In this document: in pieces, positions 50,501 through 59,162 of the stretch
Position numbering within the stretch: position 1 is the stretch's first letter
Layout of the letters: each line of letters opens with the position of its first letter
DNA from: a virus
Taxonomy: Duplodnaviria > Heunggongvirae > Uroviricota > Caudoviricetes
DNA: 64,000 nucleotides
Reading direction: 5' to 3' (one strand)
Virus record (IMG/VR): IMGVR_UViG_3300029288_000055
Coordinates: 128,001-192,000 of that record
The notes under the pieces: model-generated
What the model saw: only the letters and a program-made list of their open reading frames with translations
Database searches by the model: none
What the model was told of the DNA's origin: nothing
Made by a program: the position numbers and the translations under genes

Positions 50501-52936
50501 GCAGGAGTTATAGAAACACCAACATACCTGCCAGCATATATCGGTGCAATATTAACTGCAATAGATGGCATTGACCCAACATTTACCGTACAAAAAATAG
50601 AAGATTTTTTTACTACTGGTGAAGGACAGGTTCTGGATAGTTTTGGTCTATTTATATTTGCTGATATTCATGATATTGATAAATATTTATCTGCAAAAGA
50701 TAAACAAGTTTATAAAGAACAGTTTGATCTGTTTATGAGTAGTGGTCAATATAATACAATCTTAACTGGTGTTCAAAATATGTATAAAGACGTAACTGGT
50801 AAAACTGTTACTTTAAATAATAGTGTTAATGAAATAATAGCACAAAAGAAAAAATTATATGACTTTTATCTAAATCCAAAATCAACAGAAAGTGGTTCGG
50901 GATTTAGATATTATGAAATTCTTACACCATTAATTACCAGAACTAATATAATAAATTATAGTGACATAACGTTTAGCACTGGCACAACCAAAACAGGATA
51001 TATATCACTTCAAACTTTAAATGCAGATACTACACATCCAAAAATAAAAATGGTTAACGACTCATTTTTCCAAACATTCTTTTCTGAATTATCTTCTAAG
51101 ATAAGTACAAAACAATCTGATTTGAAAAAAGAAGAAATTGCAAACAACAAATTAAAAGGTGATGAAGACATTATAACACAAACATATTATTCGTTCAAAA
51201 ATATTAATGACAAGTGGCTTACAAACCCCGAAAATGCAAATGTTAGGGGTTATCCATCAAATGAGGTTGGTAAAAGTTTAATTGATTCATTTGCTTTTGT
51301 TGACAGGGCAATGAATCCAATTGGCGATACAATAATAAACGCTGAAATACTATTACAAATGCTTGATGACCCAAATATTTCAGTTTTCAGTGTGATATCA
51401 CAAATATTGTCACTTAATGGCTTTGAATTTTTTCCATTACAAAACTTCATGTCTTATACTCAAGATAGTTGGACTGAATCATTTATGATCAGCACTGATG
51501 TAAATACAACACCACGAGCAACATTTGTCTGTATGCTTATTGGCGGTACTTCAAGTTATCCTACAGGAGTAGCAAATGGTTTTGTTGATGATGGTATTAC
51601 TGATTTAAGTACTCAAGCAACTGTTGACTTTAAAACAAAACCACCAATTGACTCTGTGACAAAACAGTTAAATCCAAATATATCAATAAATTCTGAAGAT
51701 GGTAAACAGGTTTCAAGAAATAATAAATTTCCTTGGGGACAAGTTAGAGCATTTAGAGTAAAATTTGGCGAACAGAATCAGTCAATGTTTCTTGATATGA
51801 AAATTGATAGTAAAGAATATCCAGAAACAAATGAATCAATTCAAATTTTGGCAAGGTTAGCTGGTGATAATAAAATACAAGCACCTGTACCTAAAGGTCA
51901 GAATTTATTTAACTTATATGAAAATAGAGCATATAAAGCAACTATCATGGGTATGGGAAATGCTATGATTCAACCAACGCAATATTTTCAATTGGAAAAT
52001 GTACCGCTTTTTAGTGGAGCATATATTATATTAGGTGTTGAACATATAATTGAACCAAATAAAATGAACACAAATTTTTATGGTACAAAAATACTTAGAT
52101 ATCCAGTTCCAAGAGTATTAAATCCTGCAGCAATTATGGGATTTGATGGTGGCGATTCCGATGAAACAAGTCTTAGTGATAAGTCTGCTGGCGAACTTAC
52201 AAAAGGAGTTCAGGCAATAACAATGTCACAACCAAGAATAGATAAACTAAATTCTGTTTTTGGTATAGATGTTTCTAAGTGGCAAGAAAATTTCAATTGG
52301 ACTAATGCAGTTAAAAGCACCAATCCTGATTTTCCAAACCCTCAATTTGCACTAATAAAAGCAAGTCAAGGAGAATCTAAAGATAGATTTGTAATGATGA
52401 ATGCTAATGGTGCAAAAACCGCTGGATTAAAAATTGGATATTATCACTATGCAAAACAATATATTGGTGCAAATATTGAAGCAAATATTATTGCTGATGC
52501 AAAAACACAAGCAAATTTCTTTGTAAGCACTGTCCAAAGTTTACCACATGCACCAGATTTTCCGCTTATATTGGATATGGAAGATGAAACTGATGCTAAT
52601 GGTAATATAATTCGTGGTTGGTCGGTAGATAAAAAGGTTAACGATAAATGGATTAATACATTTGTTGCTGAATTAAAAAATAAAGGATATAATACAATTC
52701 TTTATGGTGGTAAACCATTTTATACTGAAAAAACAAGCAATAATTTTGGTTCACAACCATTATGGCATGCACAATATCCAGAAAAACCCGAACAAACCAA
52801 CCCGACAATTGCAACAGGATGGAAAGACTGGACTATATGGCAATTTAGTTCTAAAGGTAAGATTAATGGAAATAAAGGTGATGTTGATATAAGTGTAATG
52901 AGAAAAAATTTCTTTGATTCGCCTAATACAGCTTAA
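47540..52936 (+). CDS. large tail hub protein with C-terminal GH25 muramidase
   Basis: 1798 aa; hub-like MGNAMIQPTQYFQLENVPLFSGAYII; GH25 FGIDVSKWQ, IKASQG, GYYHYA, LILDME, LWHAQY, WTIWQFSSKG, GDVD. Confidence 0.85.
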   Translation: MATVNTGNIILLDPNTVNTNPNITNGVPQYQDMFIFAELRAIRKGRTVLETMSERGTGANVMITGLEDIKEVNFLGINQNSKSPDYRKFTTRYYDGSNDNNIQYEGFGMSNIKVTINSSFIPQVSIQFIDVRGLAFFNRENSPYRILFDFPPPIFYLKIKGYYGKALEYKLHLVKYTSNFKSENGNYVIDAQFVAVTYAPLTDVLFRYIVNFPLIPLSNGAISLSANPNVPPKNTYELILKLKNLYDNVQKELKSLSETQKYDSTLNLLTNNTSVVSMIADYKHKLRDSAGNAYLVSVDTSVPYSQTASNAMPLYPFVINNNSQPTLVDEKNIVTITSFSDYDNIIKSLGIPATQTNTTKRLYIVCVSGKISTIPYTGVEDITTKVGLAMDTYKAELINAYKDAGNSNTNISIPSVYFSNPYDVTIFRDNKPSTIYTGLDITNFYTKLYKDRVALNQTKATLSNTINGIINNMIMKNLGMMPTIYNIFNIILNDVDTFFQTLRDTSISSEQHHNQADYNKIILSKSPDQFADINPQTNTTKLFSFPLVIDTQNICGGQRQVKVSPVKISQLLPQPFPELTLVESFVETFNKQRNFSQLMNAKNELNDDGTYKWIPVSPLDSKLGSPTTQTAYSGPYFGVDTIDGGGSVMPVNVSNEKRLAQVIKIMLDRFYIISQSSYPTSFYDTDKKVSKAYVEFFAKSEAANLANSITETKYSNNIKDNANKFSNIDNFYAYLSNPKNNILDHYIFTQAERTSFPLAGDIPADNDAYVDKTNSNYMGSIVKNEKIDIQTFTKDNTKPVNAFQNDVMRGLFGNIFKGRTAEDFYNFTNENLLYIIDKFSKDHEEDSDKVILDNNNTNIKTRFLDSNAYGIVPDFPTTKVQIGENQVNKIDVIPKLLASGNTYFYNKNIGGFNKSTAQNLKSFDKIINPWIDQLSKHDDAIKKTIFSGNNPLYNQKLSALLFLSNYGYTLGPFNQYPHKLNQLIFNIAGVIETPTYLPAYIGAILTAIDGIDPTFTVQKIEDFFTTGEGQVLDSFGLFIFADIHDIDKYLSAKDKQVYKEQFDLFMSSGQYNTILTGVQNMYKDVTGKTVTLNNSVNEIIAQKKKLYDFYLNPKSTESGSGFRYYEILTPLITRTNIINYSDITFSTGTTKTGYISLQTLNADTTHPKIKMVNDSFFQTFFSELSSKISTKQSDLKKEEIANNKLKGDEDIITQTYYSFKNINDKWLTNPENANVRGYPSNEVGKSLIDSFAFVDRAMNPIGDTIINAEILLQMLDDPNISVFSVISQILSLNGFEFFPLQNFMSYTQDSWTESFMISTDVNTTPRATFVCMLIGGTSSYPTGVANGFVDDGITDLSTQATVDFKTKPPIDSVTKQLNPNISINSEDGKQVSRNNKFPWGQVRAFRVKFGEQNQSMFLDMKIDSKEYPETNESIQILARLAGDNKIQAPVPKGQNLFNLYENRAYKATIMGMGNAMIQPTQYFQLENVPLFSGAYIILGVEHIIEPNKMNTNFYGTKILRYPVPRVLNPAAIMGFDGGDSDETSLSDKSAGELTKGVQAITMSQPRIDKLNSVFGIDVSKWQENFNWTNAVKSTNPDFPNPQFALIKASQGESKDRFVMMNANGAKTAGLKIGYYHYAKQYIGANIEANIIADAKTQANFFVSTVQSLPHAPDFPLILDMEDETDANGNIIRGWSVDKKVNDKWINTFVAELKNKGYNTILYGGKPFYTEKTSNNFGSQPLWHAQYPEKPEQTNPTIATGWKDWTIWQFSSKGKINGNKGDVDISVMRKNFFDSPNTA

Positions 52937-53722
52937 TTATAATAATTCTTTTTTTAGTTCATATAAACCAATAATATCATTATCTACTGTTTGCGGATTG
53001 AATTTCATTTCCTTTAATTTTTTAATGGCACTTGCAATTCTTTCTTTTGCAATAGCATCATTTTCATTTACATTTTCCAAGATATTTAAATTATCAATTT
53101 TATATGTTTCAAGAAGGTTAGCTTTTTCATTATCATCAGATTTTATTAATTTCTGAAGTAATGTTCTATCATCTTCAGTTAATGATTCATATTTAGTATT
53201 GAATTTATCAACGGCAATTTCAATAACATCCTCATTTACAAGATCAGAAACCTCAATACTTTCAGTAAGACTTTGCTTATTGTTTTTAACATGTTCTAAA
53301 ACAAGTGTAAATGATTCGTGAATATTATCTACATCTATTTTATCATAATTACTCAAAGATTCTTTAATTAAATTACCTATAGCAATATATAATTGAACCC
53401 TATTATCGTCAACCTGAACATCTTCTGTAAGAAATGGTTTTAATTTTTGGTGTTCTTTTTCAATTTCTTTAAGCGTCCAAACTTCAAATAATTTAATATT
53501 ATTATCAATATAACGTGTTGCAACCAAATCATTATCAATATGTTTATTTTCGATATTATTAAATACCTTGAATTCTAATTGTAAAATTGGTGAATTTTTT
53601 ACGACAGCAAAAAAATCGTTTGTTAATTCTTTTGATTCCTCAATTAAAGTGTTACTAAAGTAAGCGTCTTTTAATTTTTTAGAAACCACTAAATTAACAA
53701 TTCCTATATTAATGCTTTTCAT
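52937..53722 (-). CDS. putative prohead core protein
   Basis: Downstream of portal, late motif, multiple L/I-x-E sites. Confidence 0.55.
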   Translation of the reverse strand: MKSINIGIVNLVVSKKLKDAYFSNTLIEESKELTNDFFAVVKNSPILQLEFKVFNNIENKHIDNDLVATRYIDNNIKLFEVWTLKEIEKEHQKLKPFLTEDVQVDDNRVQLYIAIGNLIKESLSNYDKIDVDNIHESFTLVLEHVKNNKQSLTESIEVSDLVNEDVIEIAVDKFNTKYESLTEDDRTLLQKLIKSDDNEKANLLETYKIDNLNILENVNENDAIAKERIASAIKKLKEMKFNPQTVDNDIIGLYELKKELL

Positions 53723-53777
53723 ATGATCTAATTTGATTTATTATAAATACTGTAATTAACTATAAATGTATATTTTA

Positions 53778-55790
53778 TTATTCAATTAATTCAATGTTCT
53801 CAATTGATTCAAAATCAATCTCATCTGATTCATTAATTTTTTTAGGAACATTAATACTTTCATTATTCTTTAATAAAAGATCAATTTCGTTAATCATATT
53901 GAGAGCATTTTTATTTAAAGTTGCATTAATCACATCGTTTTCTTTAATTATCTCTTTATTTCTATTTTCTTTTTTTTGCACAGGTTCTGAAGTTGAACCG
54001 AATACTAATCTTTCAACTTGCAAATCATATTCTTCATCAGTCATTCTTGATTCAGCTAATGGTGGCATAGCACTGCCAGTAGCAGGAGCACCGCCACCAA
54101 CAGCAGGAGGCATTCCGCCTCCACCAACAGGAGCAGGTGGAGCACCAGTTCCACCTTCAGGTGGCAAACCAGTAGCAGGAGCACCGCCAGCAGGTGGCAT
54201 ACCACCGCCTTCAGTTCCACCGCTTGCTGGAACACCCAGCATTGCAGCTTCAGGTTCACCGAACCTTTTATCAATATCAGTAAATAAACCAGATTTCTTA
54301 ATTGTAACAGGAGAGTCCATAAGTTCTTGCATAACAACTTTTTCCATTTTCTGTTGTTTCAAATCATTTACAATTTCACGATCACTCATGTTGAATAACA
54401 AACGTTTTGCACCAGTATGTGACATTGCAGCAATACCAGCTTCCGCACGTGTTAATTCAGTATAAGTTTGTGCCTTTTCACGCATTAATTCAGCTTTCTG
54501 TAATTCTTGCTGTGTTGATGGATTTGTTAAGGTAAGTGTAAAATTACTAAGGTCTTCACCACTATAACCCAATAAATACAAATGTATCATTGCCATTTTA
54601 TTGAGTTCTTGAATCATTGCTTGTTGAATACGATTTATTTTTTTTGAAAAACGAATATCATATTGTGCCATGTTTTTACCAGCACCAGCAGCATCCTGAA
54701 AACTTAAGAAAGGTTTAGGAATACCCAAACCAACAAATAAGTTATCACGAAGGTATTCAATGTCCTGAATAGCATCCAAGTTTGTAGCACCCGGGAGAGT
54801 ATCAATACCTGTTTGGGTATTTGCATTTCTTACTGGAAGAAAATAGTCTTCATCATTACCAAGTATATTAAAACGATAGTCAATTTGTCCGTCATTTGGA
54901 GCAACTGATGCAGTTTTTTTGAACTTGGTAGCTACTTTATAGATATATTCTTCAATATCATCTTCATCAATATTACCAACGTCAATTTTGAATACTTTTT
55001 TTTCACCAGCACGAATAATACGATAAGTTAACATAGCATCTTCAGCCATAACAAGCTGTCTGAAAACCCTACGTACTTTATTAAGTACTGATGAGCCATA
55101 AGGCAAATATTTATCATCACCAAGAAGTCTGAAGTGAGCAATTTCAAATACATTGAATTCATCACCAGTCATTCTTTCTTTGAATTTAACAAGTGGTTTA
55201 CCACCTTGGATTCTTTCAAATCTTTCTATTTCATAGTTAACCAATTGTTTTACATGAGTAATACCTTTTTTTCTTTCGCCATATAATAATACAAAATTAT
55301 CACCATATTTAACAATATTTCTTACCCAAAAAGGTAAGTTAACATTAACATTAACAGTATCATAAAAAAATTCTTCCAATAACATTTTAATTCTTTCTTT
55401 ATTGGAGTATATGTTAAGCATCTTACCATTTAAACCAATAGTGGTAGACTCTTCCATGAATAAATCCAATGCACTGCTGATGATTGGATAATATTCCATA
55501 CCTTCATAATCAATATACGCTGGAAGTCTGGCTGCTTCATACTGAAGTGCCTTTTGAAAACCTCTATCTGTAGTACGAAAAAATTTATTTTGAAGTTCTC
55601 TTTTTTGTTGTAGTTCTAAACCTTTTCTATGTATTTCTTCAGGAGATGTGCCCTTAATAATAATTTTTGTTTCTTTTGCAGGTGTACTTGCAGACACCGT
55701 TGGTTGCGCTGTTTGTACATCAAAACCACCAAGATTCAAAAATGAACTAAGTTCCTGATATATAGTTTTACTTTTTTTTTCTTCACCCAT
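53778..55790 (-). CDS. portal protein (T4 gp20-like)
   Basis: ISSALD, KYGDNF, AHFRL, QLVMAEDAMLTYRIIRA..KKVFKIDVGN, EDYFLPVR, IDTLPG, DIRFSK.INRIQ. Confidence 0.95.
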   Translation of the reverse strand: MGEEKKSKTIYQELSSFLNLGGFDVQTAQPTVSASTPAKETKIIIKGTSPEEIHRKGLELQQKRELQNKFFRTTDRGFQKALQYEAARLPAYIDYEGMEYYPIISSALDLFMEESTTIGLNGKMLNIYSNKERIKMLLEEFFYDTVNVNVNLPFWVRNIVKYGDNFVLLYGERKKGITHVKQLVNYEIERFERIQGGKPLVKFKERMTGDEFNVFEIAHFRLLGDDKYLPYGSSVLNKVRRVFRQLVMAEDAMLTYRIIRAGEKKVFKIDVGNIDEDDIEEYIYKVATKFKKTASVAPNDGQIDYRFNILGNDEDYFLPVRNANTQTGIDTLPGATNLDAIQDIEYLRDNLFVGLGIPKPFLSFQDAAGAGKNMAQYDIRFSKKINRIQQAMIQELNKMAMIHLYLLGYSGEDLSNFTLTLTNPSTQQELQKAELMREKAQTYTELTRAEAGIAAMSHTGAKRLLFNMSDREIVNDLKQQKMEKVVMQELMDSPVTIKKSGLFTDIDKRFGEPEAAMLGVPASGGTEGGGMPPAGGAPATGLPPEGGTGAPPAPVGGGGMPPAVGGGAPATGSAMPPLAESRMTDEEYDLQVERLVFGSTSEPVQKKENRNKEIIKENDVINATLNKNALNMINEIDLLLKNNESINVPKKINESDEIDFESIENIELIE

Positions 55791-55861
55791 TTTTATAATT
55801 TTTTATACTTTTTTATAAATACTATGATTTCCGTGAAAAGTCATGTGAATATAAATACATA

Positions 55862-57940
55862 TTAATTTTTCTTTTTCTCTTTTATACCATTAAATAACCA
55901 AGCATTAACGCCATATGGATTTAATGGTGATGTACTATTAGGCGAAATCATAGGTTTATGGGTTTTAGTATTACCAGTGGCTATTCTTTTTCCAATTTCA
56001 TTCATTTCATTATTAGTGATAATAGCATTAAGCATTTTCTCTGTAATTCCTTTGCTTTGTTTATAACGTGCCATATCAAAATTCAATACATATAAGCCTA
56101 TAGACAATCCCATAATTGAATCATCATGAAATGAACGTTTATGATCTGCAACACGATTTCCAGCAACAGTTACAAATGTTTTTAATTCATTTAACAATCT
56201 GATAGAGTGAATAATAACATCTTCTAAATGAATTGCTCTTTGCATTTCAAGAACTACTGAGGCACGATTTCCACCGATAAAGAAACCGGGTATTAAGTCT
56301 ACGTTTACAATCGTACCATCAGCCATTGTCTTTTGACCTTTTTTAATATATCCCTGTAATCTATCCCTTGAAGGTTTATGAGTTACTTCAGCATAATGAA
56401 CATTATCATAACCATATTCAAGCATTTTTTCAACTGTTTGTACGCCATAACCACCAGTAATATCGACAACACAATAAGCATTATTATATCTTTTACCATA
56501 TTGATATGCAATTTCTGCAAGCATTTGTGGTGTTACTTTACCATAATATTCAGCAACCTGTTCAACTTTATGTCTTTTTAATTTATATTTTTTTGTTTTT
56601 CCGTTTTTAGTAATTATCTTTTCTTCAATAACTTCTTTTGTTTTTAACATATTCATAGTAGAGTTATCTTCTCCATGTCCCGGTGATGCATCAAGTGCCA
56701 TTATATATGTTTCTCCTACAATTGGGTCTTCCCAAATCCATACATTTTTATCAAGATATTCTTGACGAATTGGTGGCAATACTTCTTCATCCTGAATACG
56801 TTTTAAATATTCTTCTGAAATAAAGTTATCACCAGAACCAAGGAAAGAACAAAGTAATTCTTGTGCAATCTTACGCATATCACCTTCTGCTTCTTTAACT
56901 TGATCTTCAAACCACGGAGAACTTGCTTCCCAACCTTCATCCATCATTTGAATTCTTTTTCTGTTGTCCCAATTTTCATCAAGTAATTTTATTTCATTTT
57001 CTTTGCCTTTATTTTTTAACCAACACAAATCTTTATTATATCTTGGGTCATTATACCACCATAATTCTACTGCAACAAAGTTATTTTCTTTATTTCTTGC
57101 GCCATTAAATGTTTTATAGAATACAGCATCAAGACCTGAAGGAGTACTAACCATAATTGCAGCACCACCAGTTTGCAGTGTTGGTTTTGCAGATGTCCAA
57201 AATTTATCACCTTTTTCTGTCCATGCAGTTTCATCCCAGAAAATAAGAGTTGGCGTATATCCACGAAGACCTTTTGAAGAGAATGCACCTAATTTAGAAT
57301 TATTATCATAAATTTTTAATTTCTGAGTATCTTTTAAGTTTTTATCAAATGTTTCTCTACCAGTTTTTGGTCTAAGCCATTTTGGACAACCATCAATAAA
57401 ATCTACTACATCATTCATTAATTCATCACGAGCAACTTCAAGTTTATCAGCAACAATAGCAACTTGTCTATTTGCATTGAACATGACATACCAAGCGATA
57501 TACGCACAAGTGGTTGTTGATACACCTGCCTGACGATATTTGTTAGCAATAACAAATCTATTCTCTAAATATGTTTTAATTAATTCTTTTTGAAAATCAA
57601 ATAATTTAAAAGGTACAATTTCACCAGCAATACCTTGCGTCTGGTCAAAAATTGTTAAATATGTTTCAATAAAATATATTGGATTCATACCGCAACGAAT
57701 AACTTCATCTTCTTGTTCTTGTTTGGTTAATTCGCTGACCTTTTTTACACCATTATGCTTTGTAACAATGATAGCCTCAATTTTACCGCCTTTTTTTCTA
57801 AGTTCTTTAGCTAATTTTCTAATTGCTTCTTTTTCCTTTTCTCTTTGAGTATCAAGAGGAATTAACGGTACGTGATCGGGAAATATATCTTCATTGTTTT
57901 TTTCAGGAATATTATCAGGGTTTATATCTTTAGCACTCAT
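55862..57940 (-). CDS. terminase large subunit (T4 gp17-like)
   Basis: FKLFDFQ, KYRQAGVST (Walker A variant), IFWDETAW (Walker B), VSTPSG, IAQELLCSFLGSG, MALDAS, HDDSIM. Confidence 0.95.
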   Translation of the reverse strand: MSAKDINPDNIPEKNNEDIFPDHVPLIPLDTQREKEKEAIRKLAKELRKKGGKIEAIIVTKHNGVKKVSELTKQEQEDEVIRCGMNPIYFIETYLTIFDQTQGIAGEIVPFKLFDFQKELIKTYLENRFVIANKYRQAGVSTTTCAYIAWYVMFNANRQVAIVADKLEVARDELMNDVVDFIDGCPKWLRPKTGRETFDKNLKDTQKLKIYDNNSKLGAFSSKGLRGYTPTLIFWDETAWTEKGDKFWTSAKPTLQTGGAAIMVSTPSGLDAVFYKTFNGARNKENNFVAVELWWYNDPRYNKDLCWLKNKGKENEIKLLDENWDNRKRIQMMDEGWEASSPWFEDQVKEAEGDMRKIAQELLCSFLGSGDNFISEEYLKRIQDEEVLPPIRQEYLDKNVWIWEDPIVGETYIMALDASPGHGEDNSTMNMLKTKEVIEEKIITKNGKTKKYKLKRHKVEQVAEYYGKVTPQMLAEIAYQYGKRYNNAYCVVDITGGYGVQTVEKMLEYGYDNVHYAEVTHKPSRDRLQGYIKKGQKTMADGTIVNVDLIPGFFIGGNRASVVLEMQRAIHLEDVIIHSIRLLNELKTFVTVAGNRVADHKRSFHDDSIMGLSIGLYVLNFDMARYKQSKGITEKMLNAIITNNEMNEIGKRIATGNTKTHKPMISPNSTSPLNPYGVNAWLFNGIKEKKKN

Positions 57941-57954
57941 TATAAATTTTTATA

Positions 57955-57962
57955 ATAAATAC
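57955..57962 (-). promoter_or_regulatory. late promoter motif GTATTTAT (terminase)
   Basis: ATAAATAC on the + strand 14 nt from the terminase ATG. Confidence 0.7.
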
Positions 57963-57964
57963 TC

Positions 57965-58112
57965 TCACCACATAAAACCGCAAAGCTCGGCAATAATCTT
58001 GTACTGTCGAGCTTCGAATTTCCTTCTTCCTAATATGGTAAGATGAACTCTTTTAAACCGAAAACACATGCATACATTTTCTTTTCTGTTTTACCACATG
58101 GGCATTCAGATG
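57965..58112 (-). ncRNA. candidate structured late ncRNA upstream of the terminase
   Basis: Own late motif at 58115-58122, no ORF longer than 15 codons, hairpins at 58016-58050 and 57981-58016. Confidence 0.45.
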
Positions 58113-58123
58113 ATATAAATACT

Positions 58124-58609
58124 TTAAAATCTTATAGAAGACGTTTCTACAAATTCATTATTTTTTAATATGATTTTTCTTGCATTAAGCAAATCTTTAA
58201 CTTTTGCTAATGACATGCCATAATGAAATACTAATAATGGTACGTCATCTTCTTGTCCGTTAAACATGTTGTCATAGTCACTGGAAGGATTGCTATTTTC
58301 ATCTTTCTTTTCAATTTCATATGCAAGAGCATGTATAGTGTGATAGCCATGCATATATGGTCTGTCAACAGCTTCATGTAAACAAAAAAGATCAAATGAA
58401 CTTGTCTTTAAATTAAAAATAGCATTTATAAAAGATTCAGTTGGTGGCATTGCATTATCACATGCTGGTGTAATATCCCAACACCAACCATCCACATCAA
58501 TATTAGTTTCGTCAAGCGAAAAAATAAATTCAAATAACCCTTCATCCTTCGAATTGTAGCCAATCTTTAGCACATAAATCAATTTTAATTTATTATCTTC
58601 GTATTCCAT
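58124..58609 (-). CDS. hypothetical late protein
   Basis: 161 aa, late motif at 58622. Confidence 0.7.
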   Translation of the reverse strand: MEYEDNKLKLIYVLKIGYNSKDEGLFEFIFSLDETNIDVDGWCWDITPACDNAMPPTESFINAIFNLKTSSFDLFCLHEAVDRPYMHGYHTIHALAYEIEKKDENSNPSSDYDNMFNGQEDDVPLLVFHYGMSLAKVKDLLNARKIILKNNEFVETSSIRF

Positions 58610-58636
58610 AATGATTTTTTTATAAATACACCCCAG

Positions 58637-58661
58637 AAAAAAAAGCCATATTAAGTGGCTT
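58637..58661 (-). terminator. intrinsic terminator
   Basis: Minus strand AAGCCAC-TTAAT-ATGGCTT followed by a T tract. Confidence 0.65.
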
Positions 58662-59076
58662 ATATTTTATCAAGATCGAGTCCCATAATTTTTTTTATTT
58701 CACTCAAAAGAATTGTTTGAGTTAGTTTATATGCCCTGAGAGAATTTTTTTCTTTTTTCTTAAAAATAAAATAGCCGATTTGAAATAAAATAGCAATACA
58801 AATGAAAAGATAAAAAAGTAATTGTGTCTTCATATATAATGCAGCAATAAATAAAAATGCATAACTTTCTCTCAAGCAAAGTCCTTTCCATGAAGATAAC
58901 ACAGTTATCACATCATCCAAATATGTTTTTAATAGTCTTCTGTATTCAAGCCAGTCACAATCAGAATTATCTTCTTTCGTGCCTTGCACATTAAGAAAAA
59001 TTTCTTTTTCTTTTTTCTTTGAACCGCCAATATATGTTCTGCGATATTTACTTTCAGTTATTTCAATTTCAATCAT
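58660..59076 (-). CDS. membrane protein (two TM helices)
   Basis: YAFLFIAALYM...LLFYLFICIAILFQIGYFIF. Confidence 0.7.
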   Translation of the reverse strand: MIEIEITESKYRRTYIGGSKKKEKEIFLNVQGTKEDNSDCDWLEYRRLLKTYLDDVITVLSSWKGLCLRESYAFLFIAALYMKTQLLFYLFICIAILFQIGYFIFKKKEKNSLRAYKLTQTILLSEIKKIMGLDLDKI

Positions 59077-59083
59077 AATAATG

Positions 59084-59115
59084 CTTATACGGAAATAAAT
59101 TATAAAGGTTACAAA
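59084..59115 (-). promoter_or_regulatory. ECF-like promoter TTTGTAACC-N15-CGTATAAG
   Basis: Same bipartite motif as 29752-29784. Confidence 0.6.
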
Positions 59116-59137
59116 AAAACCCGAATTTCTTCGGGTT
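59113..59137 (-). terminator. intrinsic terminator
   Basis: AACCCGAA-N4-TTCGGGTT plus T tract on the minus strand. Confidence 0.75.
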
Positions 59138-59162
59138 CTTATTTATTTAATTTGTTGGTTTA

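Noticed and set aside
53794-54465. 223-aa plus-strand ORF
   Set aside because: Antisense shadow of the GC-rich portal tail; no promoter or recognisable motif.
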